A stretch of 64,000 bases of DNA from Spirochaetia bacterium (GCA_965203905.1 CBDBDQ010000005.1:3552001-3616000); one strand, 5' to 3'; positions 7,399-18,249 are shown, counted from the stretch's first letter. Numbers and translations are program-made. The notes: generated by a model from the letters alone, not told the origin.

Positions 7399-9480
7399 CT
7401 ACGCGTGGGGCGGGTGCCGATGCTCGACAAGTAGGTCGTCGAGGAACTCGGAGGCCGGTTCCACGCCGGTGACCAGGAGATGATCGCGGGCGCGCGTGCA
7501 TGCGACGTAGAGCAGGTGGCGCTCGGTGGTGTAGACCTCGTCGAGCTCGGCCTGATCGCCGACGCGCTCGATTCTCGCTTGCGACGGCAGCACTTCGTCA
7601 TCACACGCGGCGACGACTACGGCCCGAAACTCCAGGCCCTTGGCGAGGTGCATCGTGCCGACTGCGACGTTGCCCGAAACGCCGCCCGCGTGCTGCGCCA
7701 GATCGACCGCCGAATACTCTGCGGCTTCAACGGAGGCGATGGCTCTGTCCAGTTGGCCCTTCGATCGGACGAACACGCCCATCTCGTGCGGGGTGTACCC
7801 TTCCTCTCCGCGTGATCTCAGCCACTCGGCAATTGCGGCTGTCTCTTCATCGGGCGAGGGCGAGATCCGAATGGTTGGCTCGGCTCCGTTGAATACGGAG
7901 ACGGTGCCAGTTCGCCGGTCGGTGTTGCCGTCCACGTCCGAGGTCTCGGGCGGGAGTAGCCGGTCTGCCTGCCGCCGGATCTGATGGGAGGTGCGGTAGT
8001 TGACCCGCAAGGTGTGCGAGCGCCCCCGGATGTCGATCCCCAAGGCGCGCCAGGAGAACGGGGTCTGGAAGATCCGCTGACCGAGGTCACCGGCAAAGAA
8101 CAGGGCATCGGGGCGCCCGGCGCCGAGCGCAGCCAGGAAGCGCAACTCGGCCACCCCGATGTCCTGAGCCTCGTCGACCACGCAGAACTCGAACGGTGGA
8201 CGATCCATCTTCGCGAGCTGACGCTCCAGACATCCGAACAAGCGCGGCTCGGTCAGGAGCGCATGCTCGTCAAGAGCGGCGGCCACCTTGGAGAAGATCG
8301 ACCAGAGGATCTCTCGCTGCCGTTCCGGCAGGCGAGTCCTGCGACCGAGCCGCGGCACGTCCCGGTACTGTTCCCAGCTTGCAAGCTGCCAGGCATCGAC
8401 CACTCGGCTCCACTCGGTCCAGAGGAAGCGCAAGCTGAACCGGACGTCTCCAACCTTGGCGGCGGCTTGGCGCAACAGCTCGCGCACGCGATCCGGGGTT
8501 GCCAGATCGGGGCGGCCGAAATGTGCCTGGTAGAGGCGCCGCCCGATGTCGGCCATTGCGTGCACCTCCAGCCGCTCGCCGATCTTCGGCTCGTTGGCGA
8601 TGAGTCGCACCACTCGCGCCCGCAACGCATCCGCGAGTGCCGGGGAGAACGTGGTCAGCAGCACGCGCGCGTCCGGATGGGAACGGGCCAGATGCACCGC
8701 TCGGTGCAGCGCCACGATGGTCTTGCCGGTTCCGGCGGATCCTGACACCCGGGCCGGGCCGCGGTAGCTCCGCTCCACTACCTGCCGCTGAGCGGGATGC
8801 AGAAAGACCGTCCACTTCTCCCATGGATACTCAAGCGCCCGTCGCAACTCCTCCTGGTTGGACATGACTCGAAAACGGCGTTGAGCATCGGGATGGGCAA
8901 ATGGATCTCCATCCGTGGCTCCGGGGTCAGGCCGCACCGGTGTGCTCCCGGTAGCAAGCTCCAGCAGCACCTCGGCGGCCTCTGCGGGAAGATGATCCGC
9001 CAGGGCCAGGAGCGCGTCCTCGTCGGCTACCTGCCTGACGTCATCCAGCCACTCGCCGGGCACTCCGTACGCCAACAACTGACTGTCCGCGACGCCGGCG
9101 AACAGGGCGCGTTCGGCAGCGACGTAACGCGGGATCTCGACCTTGCGCACCACTTCGCGGACTTCGACGAGTTGCGCCGCACCGGTGTGGGGATGCTGTT
9201 CGAGGCGCCGGCGTTCCGCCCAGCGATACGCATCGTCGTGCTCTCCGACGTAACAGAGCAGGAGATTGGCCGCCGTCTTGTGCACGATCATGCGGACGCC
9301 GCGATTGACCCGAACCGACCAGAAATTCTTGTCCCTTGCCCGCTCCACCCGATGGAACTGCATCCCCGGCTGTGCCGGATTGAGTTGCAGATCGAATGCC
9401 GTCGTTTTGGCGGCGCGCTGCTCCTCGCCAGGCAGCTTCGCCAGGCTATCCGCAAACGTGTCGGCTATACGGAATTCCAC
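7399..9480 (-). CDS. SF1 UvrD-like helicase with N-terminal RelE-like domain
   Basis: GSAGTGKT, VDEAQD, NYRTS, TMHLAKGLEF, LLYVACTRAR; N-terminal FWSVRVNRGVRMIVHK...YVGEHDDAY. Confidence 0.9.
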   Translation of the reverse strand: MEFRIADTFADSLAKLPGEEQRAAKTTAFDLQLNPAQPGMQFHRVERARDKNFWSVRVNRGVRMIVHKTAANLLLCYVGEHDDAYRWAERRRLEQHPHTGAAQLVEVREVVRKVEIPRYVAAERALFAGVADSQLLAYGVPGEWLDDVRQVADEDALLALADHLPAEAAEVLLELATGSTPVRPDPGATDGDPFAHPDAQRRFRVMSNQEELRRALEYPWEKWTVFLHPAQRQVVERSYRGPARVSGSAGTGKTIVALHRAVHLARSHPDARVLLTTFSPALADALRARVVRLIANEPKIGERLEVHAMADIGRRLYQAHFGRPDLATPDRVRELLRQAAAKVGDVRFSLRFLWTEWSRVVDAWQLASWEQYRDVPRLGRRTRLPERQREILWSIFSKVAAALDEHALLTEPRLFGCLERQLAKMDRPPFEFCVVDEAQDIGVAELRFLAALGAGRPDALFFAGDLGQRIFQTPFSWRALGIDIRGRSHTLRVNYRTSHQIRRQADRLLPPETSDVDGNTDRRTGTVSVFNGAEPTIRISPSPDEETAAIAEWLRSRGEEGYTPHEMGVFVRSKGQLDRAIASVEAAEYSAVDLAQHAGGVSGNVAVGTMHLAKGLEFRAVVVAACDDEVLPSQARIERVGDQAELDEVYTTERHLLYVACTRARDHLLVTGVEPASEFLDDLLVEHRHPPHA

Positions 9481-9540
9481 GTCAGCCCTGGTTGTGCCTT
9501 GAAGGGGAAGCTGCGTCGAGAACGGGATCCCGATGTCATT

Positions 9541-12042
9541 TCAGAAATCTGCTGCGACGGTGGTTGCGACTCGATTCGCCACCTCCGCATAGAGATCGAC
9601 ATCGACTTCCGGTGCCCTGATGCTGACAACTAGGGAGTACCGGGCGGCCCGGTCGTAGCGTTCGAGACGCGTACGGGTCTTCCACCATCCCAGCGCAGGA
9701 TAGGCGGCGATACATGCGCGGCTAGCGAGATCAGCGGCGGTTCCACGCCAGATGTCGCTATGGAGGGAACCGCGATGGCGCGCCTGCTTGCCTATCAACC
9801 AATGAGGATCCTCGCCGCTTTGACTGGTTCCCTGCTCTTCGTCGCGCGCGGCGGAGTTTATCCTGGCCCTGAACTCGTCGACGGACTCGTAGGGGCGTTT
9901 GACATCGAAACGGAGACCGTGGGACTCGTAACGGTAGCGGGAACGCCCTCGTTGCGACGGGTTCGGCTCGATGAAGTAGGAGAGTGTGACACGCATCTCC
10001 ACCTCCGTGTCGCCGAGTGATTCCAATGTATCCTGCGGCCAAGGGAGATTATGTAGGTGCATATCGCGGAGCGTGGCTTGTTTGCCTGTCTCTCGCTTGA
10101 AGGGATGCAGGATTTCTTGAACCACCATCGTCAGCGAATTCGCGACGCTCCACAGAGCCCGGTCAAGGTTCGGCACGCCATACCCGCAGCGCCGGACCAG
10201 ACGCCTGTAGTCAGCCTTCTTCGGTTGTGTATTGGTGGGTAAATAGGCACTCCTCATGGCATCAGTCCACTCCGTCGAATGAACGACCAGAGCGCGAATC
10301 GTCTCGGGCCAGAGCGCCGGATATGCGGTCATCAATTGGGCTGACAGGCGTGCAGCCAACGCTGCGGCTGCACTGGTCGCATTTGAAGTAGTAAGCAGGT
10401 TCACCGTCGGGCGATGATGTGTGGTCAGAAGGCTCAGGCTGGGAAGGGAAACCGCGCTCAAACTGTCCTTAGCTGCATTGCCGCCTTCAAGGACTATGTC
10501 CGGCTTCAGCGGCCATTGTGGCGGCCACGTCAGCGAAGTCGTGCTGAACGGGCTCAGACCTCCTCTCGGTGCGATCGACTCATAATCGTCACAGTCGGGG
10601 TCGGTAATCCGTACTCGCTCCGTGTACGCTCCGACGGTCAGCGCGTTCCATGCCTGTGCGGGGTCATGAACGCCGTCAGAATCGTTGCTGTGCGGGTAGC
10701 GAGACCAAGCGTTGGGATCGTCGACGTTACCAGCCGATATGACGAGCAGGCGTGGGTCAGCGCCGTCACCATAGCTATCTGCGGCGAGAGCGTCGACGGC
10801 CGCTGACCAAGCCGACGGACGGCCTCGGTCACGGTCATCACGTGCGGTGACCGCCATTACAAAGACCCGCAACCTATTCGGTGCGGTAACTTCAGGCCGC
10901 GTAACCGCCTGCACCGTGAGATACCCATGGTGTTGTGGATCGGTTCCCCCGCTGCGTCCCTGTGGCAGAAGCTTGACCGACTCTAGCCGGTGGCTCACGT
11001 CCACGTGGGAGCTGCCTGCGAGAAGGTTGGTCAAGTCTCCGGCGAGGGCCAAACCCGCCATCTCCGTACCGTGCCCATTGCTATCTCCAACGCCCCACGC
11101 CGGTTCGACAGTGTGTAGATCGTTCGCAGCAAGCGCGTTCCTGAGCATCGGATGGCCTCGAGTCACGCCGGTATCCAGGATGCACACGTGCGCTATCTCC
11201 GCGGCGTCTTCGGCGAAGGAAGTTCGGGCAAGTAGATCGTCAATCCATTCGTACTGTTCTTCCTGCGGAAGCGAATCGAAGAACTCGGCCGTTTCCTTGG
11301 CACGCCGCAGCTCCGCAACACTGTTCAACGTGAGCATGGACCGTTCCATCTGTTCGACGGATGCCAATACATGCAGTACCGTGCGCTCAGGAAAGCTCAA
11401 CTCACCCGGTGCCACGCGCATGTCCTGCGCTTCCGCAAGATTGCGGAATGTGCCGACGGTTTCGTTTCTGTCCCGCCGAATGGGCAGCCAGACTTCCCAC
11501 CATATTGGTCTTTCCCGTTCCGACGGGAAAGCATCCAGGTCCGTCCATAGCGCTCGAAGGCTTGCGGCACGAATCTCCCGAATTGCGTTGATCAGCCGCT
11601 TGTGGTCAAGAGATCGCCCGATGCGGTCCTGTTTTTCCGCCAAGTAGTCTTCGACAAGGCCTTGGAAGTGAGTGAGCTTCCCATCGGGAACGAATACCGT
11701 GGCGTAGGTTCGACCTTGGTGGTGGCGGACATTCAACAACTCGATGCCGGAGCGGTCCCGTGCCAGGCTCTCGAATGCAAGCTCGATGTCAGGGAAGCTC
11801 TCAAACTCGATCCGAAGTCCGAATCCCTCTTCGAGCCCTGCGTCCTGTTGCGCTACGCGAGCCGCCTCGGCCTCGGACTGAAGCTCCCCAAGCTGCCGCA
11901 TCAAGCCTGCCCCATGCCTCTGGCGGTCGCGCGCCGGGATGGTAGGCCGGCCGCCTCCTTCCTGCGGAGAGCGATATGGCTCAACCTCGGTGACGCCCTC
12001 CAGGATAAAGTGCCGACTTCTCTCCTCCGTCCCGTTTGCCAT
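9541..12042 (-). CDS. S8 subtilase of the Y4bN/IetS-like type
   Basis: Catalytic motifs ILDTG, GHGTEMAG, VISAGN, KPDIV, NATSAAA; no signal peptide; 9 bp downstream of the AAA gene. Confidence 0.9.
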   Translation of the reverse strand: MANGTEERSRHFILEGVTEVEPYRSPQEGGGRPTIPARDRQRHGAGLMRQLGELQSEAEAARVAQQDAGLEEGFGLRIEFESFPDIELAFESLARDRSGIELLNVRHHQGRTYATVFVPDGKLTHFQGLVEDYLAEKQDRIGRSLDHKRLINAIREIRAASLRALWTDLDAFPSERERPIWWEVWLPIRRDRNETVGTFRNLAEAQDMRVAPGELSFPERTVLHVLASVEQMERSMLTLNSVAELRRAKETAEFFDSLPQEEQYEWIDDLLARTSFAEDAAEIAHVCILDTGVTRGHPMLRNALAANDLHTVEPAWGVGDSNGHGTEMAGLALAGDLTNLLAGSSHVDVSHRLESVKLLPQGRSGGTDPQHHGYLTVQAVTRPEVTAPNRLRVFVMAVTARDDRDRGRPSAWSAAVDALAADSYGDGADPRLLVISAGNVDDPNAWSRYPHSNDSDGVHDPAQAWNALTVGAYTERVRITDPDCDDYESIAPRGGLSPFSTTSLTWPPQWPLKPDIVLEGGNAAKDSLSAVSLPSLSLLTTHHRPTVNLLTTSNATSAAAALAARLSAQLMTAYPALWPETIRALVVHSTEWTDAMRSAYLPTNTQPKKADYRRLVRRCGYGVPNLDRALWSVANSLTMVVQEILHPFKRETGKQATLRDMHLHNLPWPQDTLESLGDTEVEMRVTLSYFIEPNPSQRGRSRYRYESHGLRFDVKRPYESVDEFRARINSAARDEEQGTSQSGEDPHWLIGKQARHRGSLHSDIWRGTAADLASRACIAAYPALGWWKTRTRLERYDRAARYSLVVSIRAPEVDVDLYAEVANRVATTVAADF

Positions 12043-12051
12043 GGATTGTGC

Positions 12052-13041
12052 TCAGGTGGTCAGGCGGGTGGCGATGCTGCGGCGTTCTTCGAGCATCGCG
12101 GTGATCTTTGCTTCTCCGACGAGCCCCGACTTGGAGTTGATCAGCGCATCCTTCAAGGCTTCGTCAGCGGCGCGCGAGATGTCGGCGTGACTCAGCCCTG
12201 TCGCGGTGGCAGCCAGCCGACTCCATGAGACACTCGTGACTACGGTTCGGGCCAGGCGCGTCTTCAGCAGCTCTGCGATCTGAGCCTCATCGGGCATGTC
12301 GTAGTGGAGTACGTCGTCGAACCGTCGAAAGAGCGCGGGATCGAGAATCTCGAAGTGATTGGTTGCGGCGATCACAAGGCTGTAGGAGCGTTCCTGTTCG
12401 ATCATCTGGAGAAAGCTGTTCAGCACTCGGCGGATCTCGCCCACATCGTTGGTGAGGCCACGTTGCGAGCCGATGGCGTCGAACTCGTCGAAGAAGTACA
12501 CGCCTCGCATGCGGCTCGTGGAGTCGAACACCTGTCGAAGCCGTGCGGCGGTCTCTCCCATGTATTTGGTGATCAGCCCGTCCAGGCGTACCTGCAGCAG
12601 CGCGAGCCCGAGTTCGGCTGCCAGCACTGACGCGGTCATCGTCTTGCCGGTGCCCGGGGGACCGACCAGGAGGAGCTTGCTCCGGGGGACGAGGCCCTGC
12701 TCGATGATGCGCCCGGCATGGCGCTGCTCGCGGATCACGCGCTCTATCTGCTGCGCAAGGGGATTGCTCAGGATCATTTGACGGAGGCGGGCTTTCGGGT
12801 ACGAAGTCTCCAGGAGGCTTGCTGAAGCTCCGTGCGGTCGGTCTGCCGACACGTGTCCGAGCGGCCGTGGGGGACGTCCATTCTTGGCCTCGTCTACCAG
12901 AGCCCGCAACTCGACGGCGAGCTTGCCATGCCCGAGCTTGGCCTCATGCGCCGCCACCTGCATGGCGACCGAGAGGAATCGCTCGTCGTCGCCCTTGATG
13001 TGCGACCTGAGCAGCGCCTTGATCTGTTCAGCGCTGGCCAT
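12052..13041 (-). CDS. AAA+ ATPase (IetA-like partner of the S8 protease)
   Basis: GPPGTGKT, FFDEFDAIG, AATNH...LDPALFRRFD. Confidence 0.92.
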   Translation of the reverse strand: MASAEQIKALLRSHIKGDDERFLSVAMQVAAHEAKLGHGKLAVELRALVDEAKNGRPPRPLGHVSADRPHGASASLLETSYPKARLRQMILSNPLAQQIERVIREQRHAGRIIEQGLVPRSKLLLVGPPGTGKTMTASVLAAELGLALLQVRLDGLITKYMGETAARLRQVFDSTSRMRGVYFFDEFDAIGSQRGLTNDVGEIRRVLNSFLQMIEQERSYSLVIAATNHFEILDPALFRRFDDVLHYDMPDEAQIAELLKTRLARTVVTSVSWSRLAATATGLSHADISRAADEALKDALINSKSGLVGEAKITAMLEERRSIATRLTT

Positions 13042-13071
13042 AGGGCATTTTGTACTGTTGCGCCGCTATGC

Positions 13072-16020
13072 TCAAACGCGGAACACCTTCATTACCTCGT
13101 CGCCGAGGTGGTTGATGACCTTGACGGCGATGCGGCCGGAGGCCGGGCGGTCGAAGGGGCGGGAGGTGGCGCTGTGCAGGGTCTCCCACGCGTCACGGTG
13201 GATCTCGGCCTTGAGGGTGGTCTTGAGCGCTTTGTAGGGGTCGCTGGCGCCGAGGAAGTAGGCGTGGCGGACGAAGAAGCTCTCCTCGTTGTAGTCGGTG
13301 TCGACGAACCAGCAGGCGATGCCGTCGGGACCGTCGCTGCGGATTTCGCCGGTATTGGGATGGAACACGTCCACCCCGTTGACCTTGACCTGGATCTGGC
13401 CCGGCTTAGCCCCGTTGTCCTGGACCGGGATGATCTCGATGTCGGGCTCGCCGAAGATCACGAACAAGTTGCCCTTGCCGGTGTTCTTCAGGTCGCCGGC
13501 CATGTGCAGGTCGGCGTTCATACGCGCCTTGAGGACCGGGATGCGGCCGAGCTTGCTGAACTCGGACGCGTGCGCCTCGTAGCTGAACGCGCAGGCGACC
13601 AGGACGTCGAAGTCGGCATCAGCGGCTTCGCGGGCGGCAGCGACCAGATCGGGGCGGGTAACGGTGCCGAACTCGGGGCCGATGAAGATGCCCGCGCGGC
13701 GCTCGATCCCGGTGTCCGCATCACCTTCGATGTAGCGTCCTTCGGCGCCGATCAGATCGCCCGGCCAAGGGCTGAGGACGTTGAAGGAGATTCGATCCTC
13801 GCGGTGCGCCTGCTGCACGCCGGAGGTCTTCAGGTGCTCCAGGATCATGGTCGCGAAGTCCTGCTGCTCGCCGTAGCCGGTCTTGTTCTCGGCAAGATGG
13901 TCGATCAGCTTGTCATTCTCGTCGACGCCGAGTGTGCGGTGGGGCGCAAGGCTCTCCACCGTGAACGGGCCGGCGACGCGGACGACTCCACGATCCTCGT
14001 ACGGCTTGTCGTACAGGTACTCGAAGTCCGCCTTGGCGGCGATGGAGGCATCGATCTCCTCCTGTCGCGCAATGCGCGCTTCCCACCAGCGGCGGTGCAG
14101 TTCGGTCGGTGCAGCTTCCCACGGGTCGTGCGGCTCGTCGGGGACCTCCTCAGGCGTGTAGGTGCGGCCGAGAACGTTATTCAGTTCCAGCAGAGCCGTC
14201 CTTTTCTCCGCGTCGGAGTGGGCGGACTGGAGTTGCCTCCACGCGGCTGCAGCCGTCTCAGGCCACGGGTCCCCAGCCTCCCGAGGGATCTCCCACTCCT
14301 CCCACGCACGGCCCAATACATCGTTCAGTTCCTCCTGCAGCGGCTCCAGTGTGTCCTGCCACCGTTCCCATATCACGTCGATCTCGACGTTGTTAGCGAT
14401 CGACTTCAGGGTGATGTGCGGCACCCGCTCGTATACGAAACCCTGCCGGACGTCGTCGCCTGTGGGGCTGTCGGACGGCACGGTCTGGGTGAGCTCCGCT
14501 TCCTTCTGCCGTCCCGCCGGGCTGTCGGCGAGCAGGTAGTAGGGATAGCGCGCCGCCATGATGCGGGAACGAGCCAGTGCCAGCGCTACGCGGGACGTGT
14601 CGATGGTGATCCAGCGCCGTCCCCATTGTTCGGCTACATACGCGGTGGTACCAGAGCCGCAGGTCGGGTCCAGCACCAAGTCGCCGGGGTCGGTGGTCAT
14701 CAGGATGCAACGTTGGACAACCGAACGGTTCGTCTGGACAACATAAACGTTTGGATCAGCGAAACCAGACGTAATAGTATCAACCCAGAGATTCGAGTGA
14801 GGGAATATGCGAAAGTCATCCAAGAATCGAACATATCGGAGCGTACTTCCAATAAAGATCATGCGCTTCGCGTGTGCGATACGCCTCAGTCCGTCCGCAT
14901 CTGTTTTGAAAGTACCCTTGTTCACATAAAATGACTTCCCTTCGAATGTGAAGTCGCGAACGTCATCGCCCTGTGCCGGTCTTTGGCTGGTAATGTTGTC
15001 ATGAGCAAATACTTTCAACGAATCTTGTTTGATGCTCGACGCCTCCCAATCTACTAATGTTGCACGCGTACCTGACGCATCCTCACCAAAATTGTATTGG
15101 GTAGCGCCAGTGCCTCTGGGCTGCTTAATCTGGAATTGCGGTCGATATTTTGGTGTTGTTGATTTACTGAACCAAAGCAGCAGATCGAAAACTCCCGAAA
15201 GTGCTTCTGACGACGTGGAGGAGGTCTTCTGAAATACAATCTCTGAAACGAAGTTATCCTTTCCGAAGACTTCGTCCAACAGAGCGCGGACCAAATGGAC
15301 ATTCTCATCGCCGATCTGAACGAAGATGCTGCCGCTCTCCGTGAGCAGGTCTCGGGCCACCGTCAACCGGTCGCGCAGGTACGTGAGATACGAGTGGATG
15401 CCGTCACGCCATGTGTCGCGGAAGGCCTTGACCTGCTCGGGCTCGCGCGTGATGTGCTCGGCTTTGCCGTCCCTCACGTCGCGGCTCGTGGTGGACCACT
15501 GGAAGTTGGAGTTGAACTTGATGCCGTAGGGCGGGTCGATGTAGATGCATTGTACCTTGCCGCGCAGCCCTTCGCGTTCGGCGAGCGAGGCCATCACCTG
15601 CAGGCTGTCGCCGAGGATCATGCGGTTGGACCAGTTGGCGTCGTGGCGGTAGAACTCCGTTCGGGCGTTGTCGTCCGGCAGCCCGTTGAAGTCCGAGAAC
15701 AGGTCGAGCTGGTCGTCAGCCGCTTGCTCTCCTTCCTTGCTGCGGCGTAGCAGGTCGTCGATCAGCACCTTCGGATGGACCTTCTCCTGGATGAACAGCG
15801 GCGGCGCCTGCACCACGAGGTCGGACCAGTCCTGTTCGTCCTTGCCGCGCCACACGAGCTGCGGGTCGAGGTCTCGGTTACGGCGCCCATACGCCACCCG
15901 GATGGGGCTCTGATCGGCCTTCTCCATCACCGACTGATACTCCGCCGTGGGAATGTTCCTGCGCGACGCCTCGTCGTGCGTAATGGTATCGACGGTCTTG
16001 GTCTTTCTTCGTTTCGCCAT
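13072..16020 (-). CDS. mod: Type III restriction-modification methyltransferase subunit (beta class)
   Basis: YIDPPYG before LDPTCGSGTT; variable lower-GC target-recognition segment at ~14740-15300. Confidence 0.92.
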   Translation of the reverse strand: MAKRRKTKTVDTITHDEASRRNIPTAEYQSVMEKADQSPIRVAYGRRNRDLDPQLVWRGKDEQDWSDLVVQAPPLFIQEKVHPKVLIDDLLRRSKEGEQAADDQLDLFSDFNGLPDDNARTEFYRHDANWSNRMILGDSLQVMASLAEREGLRGKVQCIYIDPPYGIKFNSNFQWSTTSRDVRDGKAEHITREPEQVKAFRDTWRDGIHSYLTYLRDRLTVARDLLTESGSIFVQIGDENVHLVRALLDEVFGKDNFVSEIVFQKTSSTSSEALSGVFDLLLWFSKSTTPKYRPQFQIKQPRGTGATQYNFGEDASGTRATLVDWEASSIKQDSLKVFAHDNITSQRPAQGDDVRDFTFEGKSFYVNKGTFKTDADGLRRIAHAKRMIFIGSTLRYVRFLDDFRIFPHSNLWVDTITSGFADPNVYVVQTNRSVVQRCILMTTDPGDLVLDPTCGSGTTAYVAEQWGRRWITIDTSRVALALARSRIMAARYPYYLLADSPAGRQKEAELTQTVPSDSPTGDDVRQGFVYERVPHITLKSIANNVEIDVIWERWQDTLEPLQEELNDVLGRAWEEWEIPREAGDPWPETAAAAWRQLQSAHSDAEKRTALLELNNVLGRTYTPEEVPDEPHDPWEAAPTELHRRWWEARIARQEEIDASIAAKADFEYLYDKPYEDRGVVRVAGPFTVESLAPHRTLGVDENDKLIDHLAENKTGYGEQQDFATMILEHLKTSGVQQAHREDRISFNVLSPWPGDLIGAEGRYIEGDADTGIERRAGIFIGPEFGTVTRPDLVAAAREAADADFDVLVACAFSYEAHASEFSKLGRIPVLKARMNADLHMAGDLKNTGKGNLFVIFGEPDIEIIPVQDNGAKPGQIQVKVNGVDVFHPNTGEIRSDGPDGIACWFVDTDYNEESFFVRHAYFLGASDPYKALKTTLKAEIHRDAWETLHSATSRPFDRPASGRIAVKVINHLGDEVMKVFRV

Positions 16021-16196
16021 CTACGGCAATTCCTCGTTGGGTACGGCGAGCGGGACTCTCAACGCCGGTAGCCACGGAGCGGTGGTTTCACGGATGAAGG
16101 TGCACATGACGCTGTCGACCATGCTCACGGAGCCAGAGCCGAAGCGGTCTCCCGTACGAAATTGGTGCCCGCCAATCATGAGTCGCGTGAGTGGTA

Positions 16197-17438
16197 TCAC
16201 GCATGGGCAAGCTCCTGTTCGACATCGTGCGGTTGTTTGTTCCGGTGGGTGCGCTCGAACAGATCGAGCTGGCGCGGAGCGGACCGCTGCGGGTCGGGGC
16301 GGAGCTGATCCATTCGTAACAGTTCGCCGGCGGTGAACAGGTGATCGCGGAGCGCGGAGCGGCCGGCCTCGTCGAGGGGGCCGATCCTGGTTTCGGCGTG
16401 CTCGGACCGGACGGCGAGGATCGCGCTCTCAGGTATCGTATCGTTGTCGAGCAGATCCGCACTGTGGCTCGTGACCACGACCTGAGCCAACTGACTGGCG
16501 TCAGTGAGGCTGTCGAAGAGGACTCCGGAGGCAGCCGGGTGAAGGGCGCTCTCCGGTTCTTCGATGCCGACCAGGTGGCGGCGGCGCATCGGATCACCCT
16601 TGCTCTGAAACAGCGCTACCAGGACACCCAGTGCGCGCAAAGTGCCGTCCGACATGTTGCCTGCGAGGAACTGCGATGGTTGCCTGGCGCCCCGTACATC
16701 CTGATGGAAATCGAGGGTCAGCTTGCTGCCGATCGTTCGTGCCGCAACACCGGTGACCCCGGGAGTCATTGCAGCGAGGTACTCTTCCACTACCGTCCTT
16801 CGGTCTCCGTGGAGGTTGGACAGAACGCTCGCCAGGTTGCTGCCGTCCCGTTTCAGGAGCTCGCCCGGGTCAGGTGCCTGCAGATCGCGGATTGCGTCCG
16901 GATTCAGGTTGTAGAAGCCCATTCCGGAAAGTGCGTCATAGAGTGAGCGGAACACGTCGAATCCAGACATGTTCACGAGGTAGAGGCGGTCGCTGGCGCA
17001 GGCCGGAGGATTGGGTATGGTGCTGGCCTCGACTTTGCCGTTTGCTACTTTGTACGAGCCGTGGCCGCCCTCGCCCACGAGGAAGCACTCTTCCTGCTGG
17101 ACGCTGTAGCGGCCGCCGGGCTTCGCCGCAACCCGAAACGCATACCAACCCTCCGCCCGAGGGAGCTGAAGATCAAGGCGAATGCCGAAGTGGTTCGGAT
17201 GGCCGCCGGAGCGTCTCCGTACCTCCTGGATGCCGCCGCGGTCGCGCAGCGCGTGATCGAGCGAGAAGCGTAGCGCCTCGGCCACGAAGCGTAAGGCATC
17301 GAGGAAGTTGCTCTTGCCGCAACCATTCGGACCTACGAGAAACGACAGGGGCGCGGGATACACGTCACAGGCGGCGATGCTCTTGTAGTTCCGCAGGGCG
17401 ATCCTGGTCACCAGCCGCGGGTCGGTGTGTCCGCTCAT
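16197..17438 (-). CDS. ABC/SMC-type ATPase (AAA_21-like)
   Basis: GPNGCGKS, MSDGT, IEEPE, VVTSHS. Confidence 0.9.
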   Translation of the reverse strand: MSGHTDPRLVTRIALRNYKSIAACDVYPAPLSFLVGPNGCGKSNFLDALRFVAEALRFSLDHALRDRGGIQEVRRRSGGHPNHFGIRLDLQLPRAEGWYAFRVAAKPGGRYSVQQEECFLVGEGGHGSYKVANGKVEASTIPNPPACASDRLYLVNMSGFDVFRSLYDALSGMGFYNLNPDAIRDLQAPDPGELLKRDGSNLASVLSNLHGDRRTVVEEYLAAMTPGVTGVAARTIGSKLTLDFHQDVRGARQPSQFLAGNMSDGTLRALGVLVALFQSKGDPMRRRHLVGIEEPESALHPAASGVLFDSLTDASQLAQVVVTSHSADLLDNDTIPESAILAVRSEHAETRIGPLDEAGRSALRDHLFTAGELLRMDQLRPDPQRSAPRQLDLFERTHRNKQPHDVEQELAHA

Positions 17439-17598
17439 GTCTCCTGCAGGGACTCTTCAGTCCGTTCGCCTTCTGGTACGACAATCATCTGACCTGCAAT
17501 GACTGCCCCAACGGTTCGTCCCAGTGGTCTCTCATGGTGCCTCTCACCTCGGCGTCCTTGCACCAATACGGTACCGATGTGGAGCACGTAGTGACCAC

Positions 17599-17775
17599 CT
17601 ACTGGCCAACGGGCGTGCCTTGCGGGCGTTTCGGCGGCCGCGAAACGACTCGTCGTTCGCCTAGCCGCTGCTTCTCTTGCAGATCCCGACAGATCGCGTC
17701 CAGGTCATGATCGAACTTCCTGGCGTATGCATTGCGTATCTCTCGGATCTCCTTGACTATGGGATCTTCCAGCAC
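17599..17775 (-). CDS. Small protein (58 aa) typically downstream of this PIN family; now in frame with the frameshifted PIN remnant
   Basis: RBS GAGG then GTG; EDPIVKEIREIRNAYARKFDHDLDAICRDL. Confidence 0.6.
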   Translation of the reverse strand: MLEDPIVKEIREIRNAYARKFDHDLDAICRDLQEKQRLGERRVVSRPPKRPQGTPVGQ

Positions 17776-17780
17776 AAACC

Positions 17781-18249
17781 TCATTCCTCCATTAATCCGA
17801 GTGGCGTACAGAGCCCCTTGGTACCCCGAGAACGCGCAGATGGCCTGAATTTGGTCGTGCAGTGCCGCGTTGGCGATGTGCCGACAATTCCAAGTCAACA
17901 GGTAGTCAATCCCATTGACGGTAGCTACCGCGATATGCAGCGCGTCGATTCCAGCTCTGTCGGGCAGGGGAGAATCAGCAAGCGACGATTTGGACAAGTT
18001 CCGTACGTCATCACTGATTGCGAGTACAGGAATATCCCCGATTGCCGAGAGCCGTCGTTGCGCTGCCCCGGGGTCACGTGACGATGCCTTTTCAACGACC
18101 GCTTGCGAAACGAACAGGTCGTACTTAATTCGTTGCTCGTCCCACCACATTCGTGTGACTTAATGGTGGGCTGCCATCATGAGTTGCAAACTTCTCCAAG
18201 CAGTCGAGTAGCTGATCACAGTCGTCTCGAGATACACACTCTGCCGCAC
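17781..18249 (-). pseudogene. vapC: PIN/VapC-family toxin pseudogene
   Basis: GTG start, RQSVYLETTVISY; in-frame TAA at codon 30 (18160-18162); DALHIAVA...DYLLTWNCRHIANA; the native ending LCTPLGLMEE* lies in another frame. Confidence 0.8.

Noticed and set aside
12832-14934. Long antisense ORFs (also 20-1627, 21915-23567, 47774-50539, 52559-54778, 59751-61670)
   Set aside because: Shadow frames of motif-supported genes on the opposite strand, as expected in high-GC DNA.
17599-18150. A novel 183-aa PIN fusion protein, or stop-codon readthrough
   Set aside because: Explained by a nonsense TAA plus a frameshift joining two normally separate genes; TAA is not a Sec or Pyl codon and neither tRNA here reads it.
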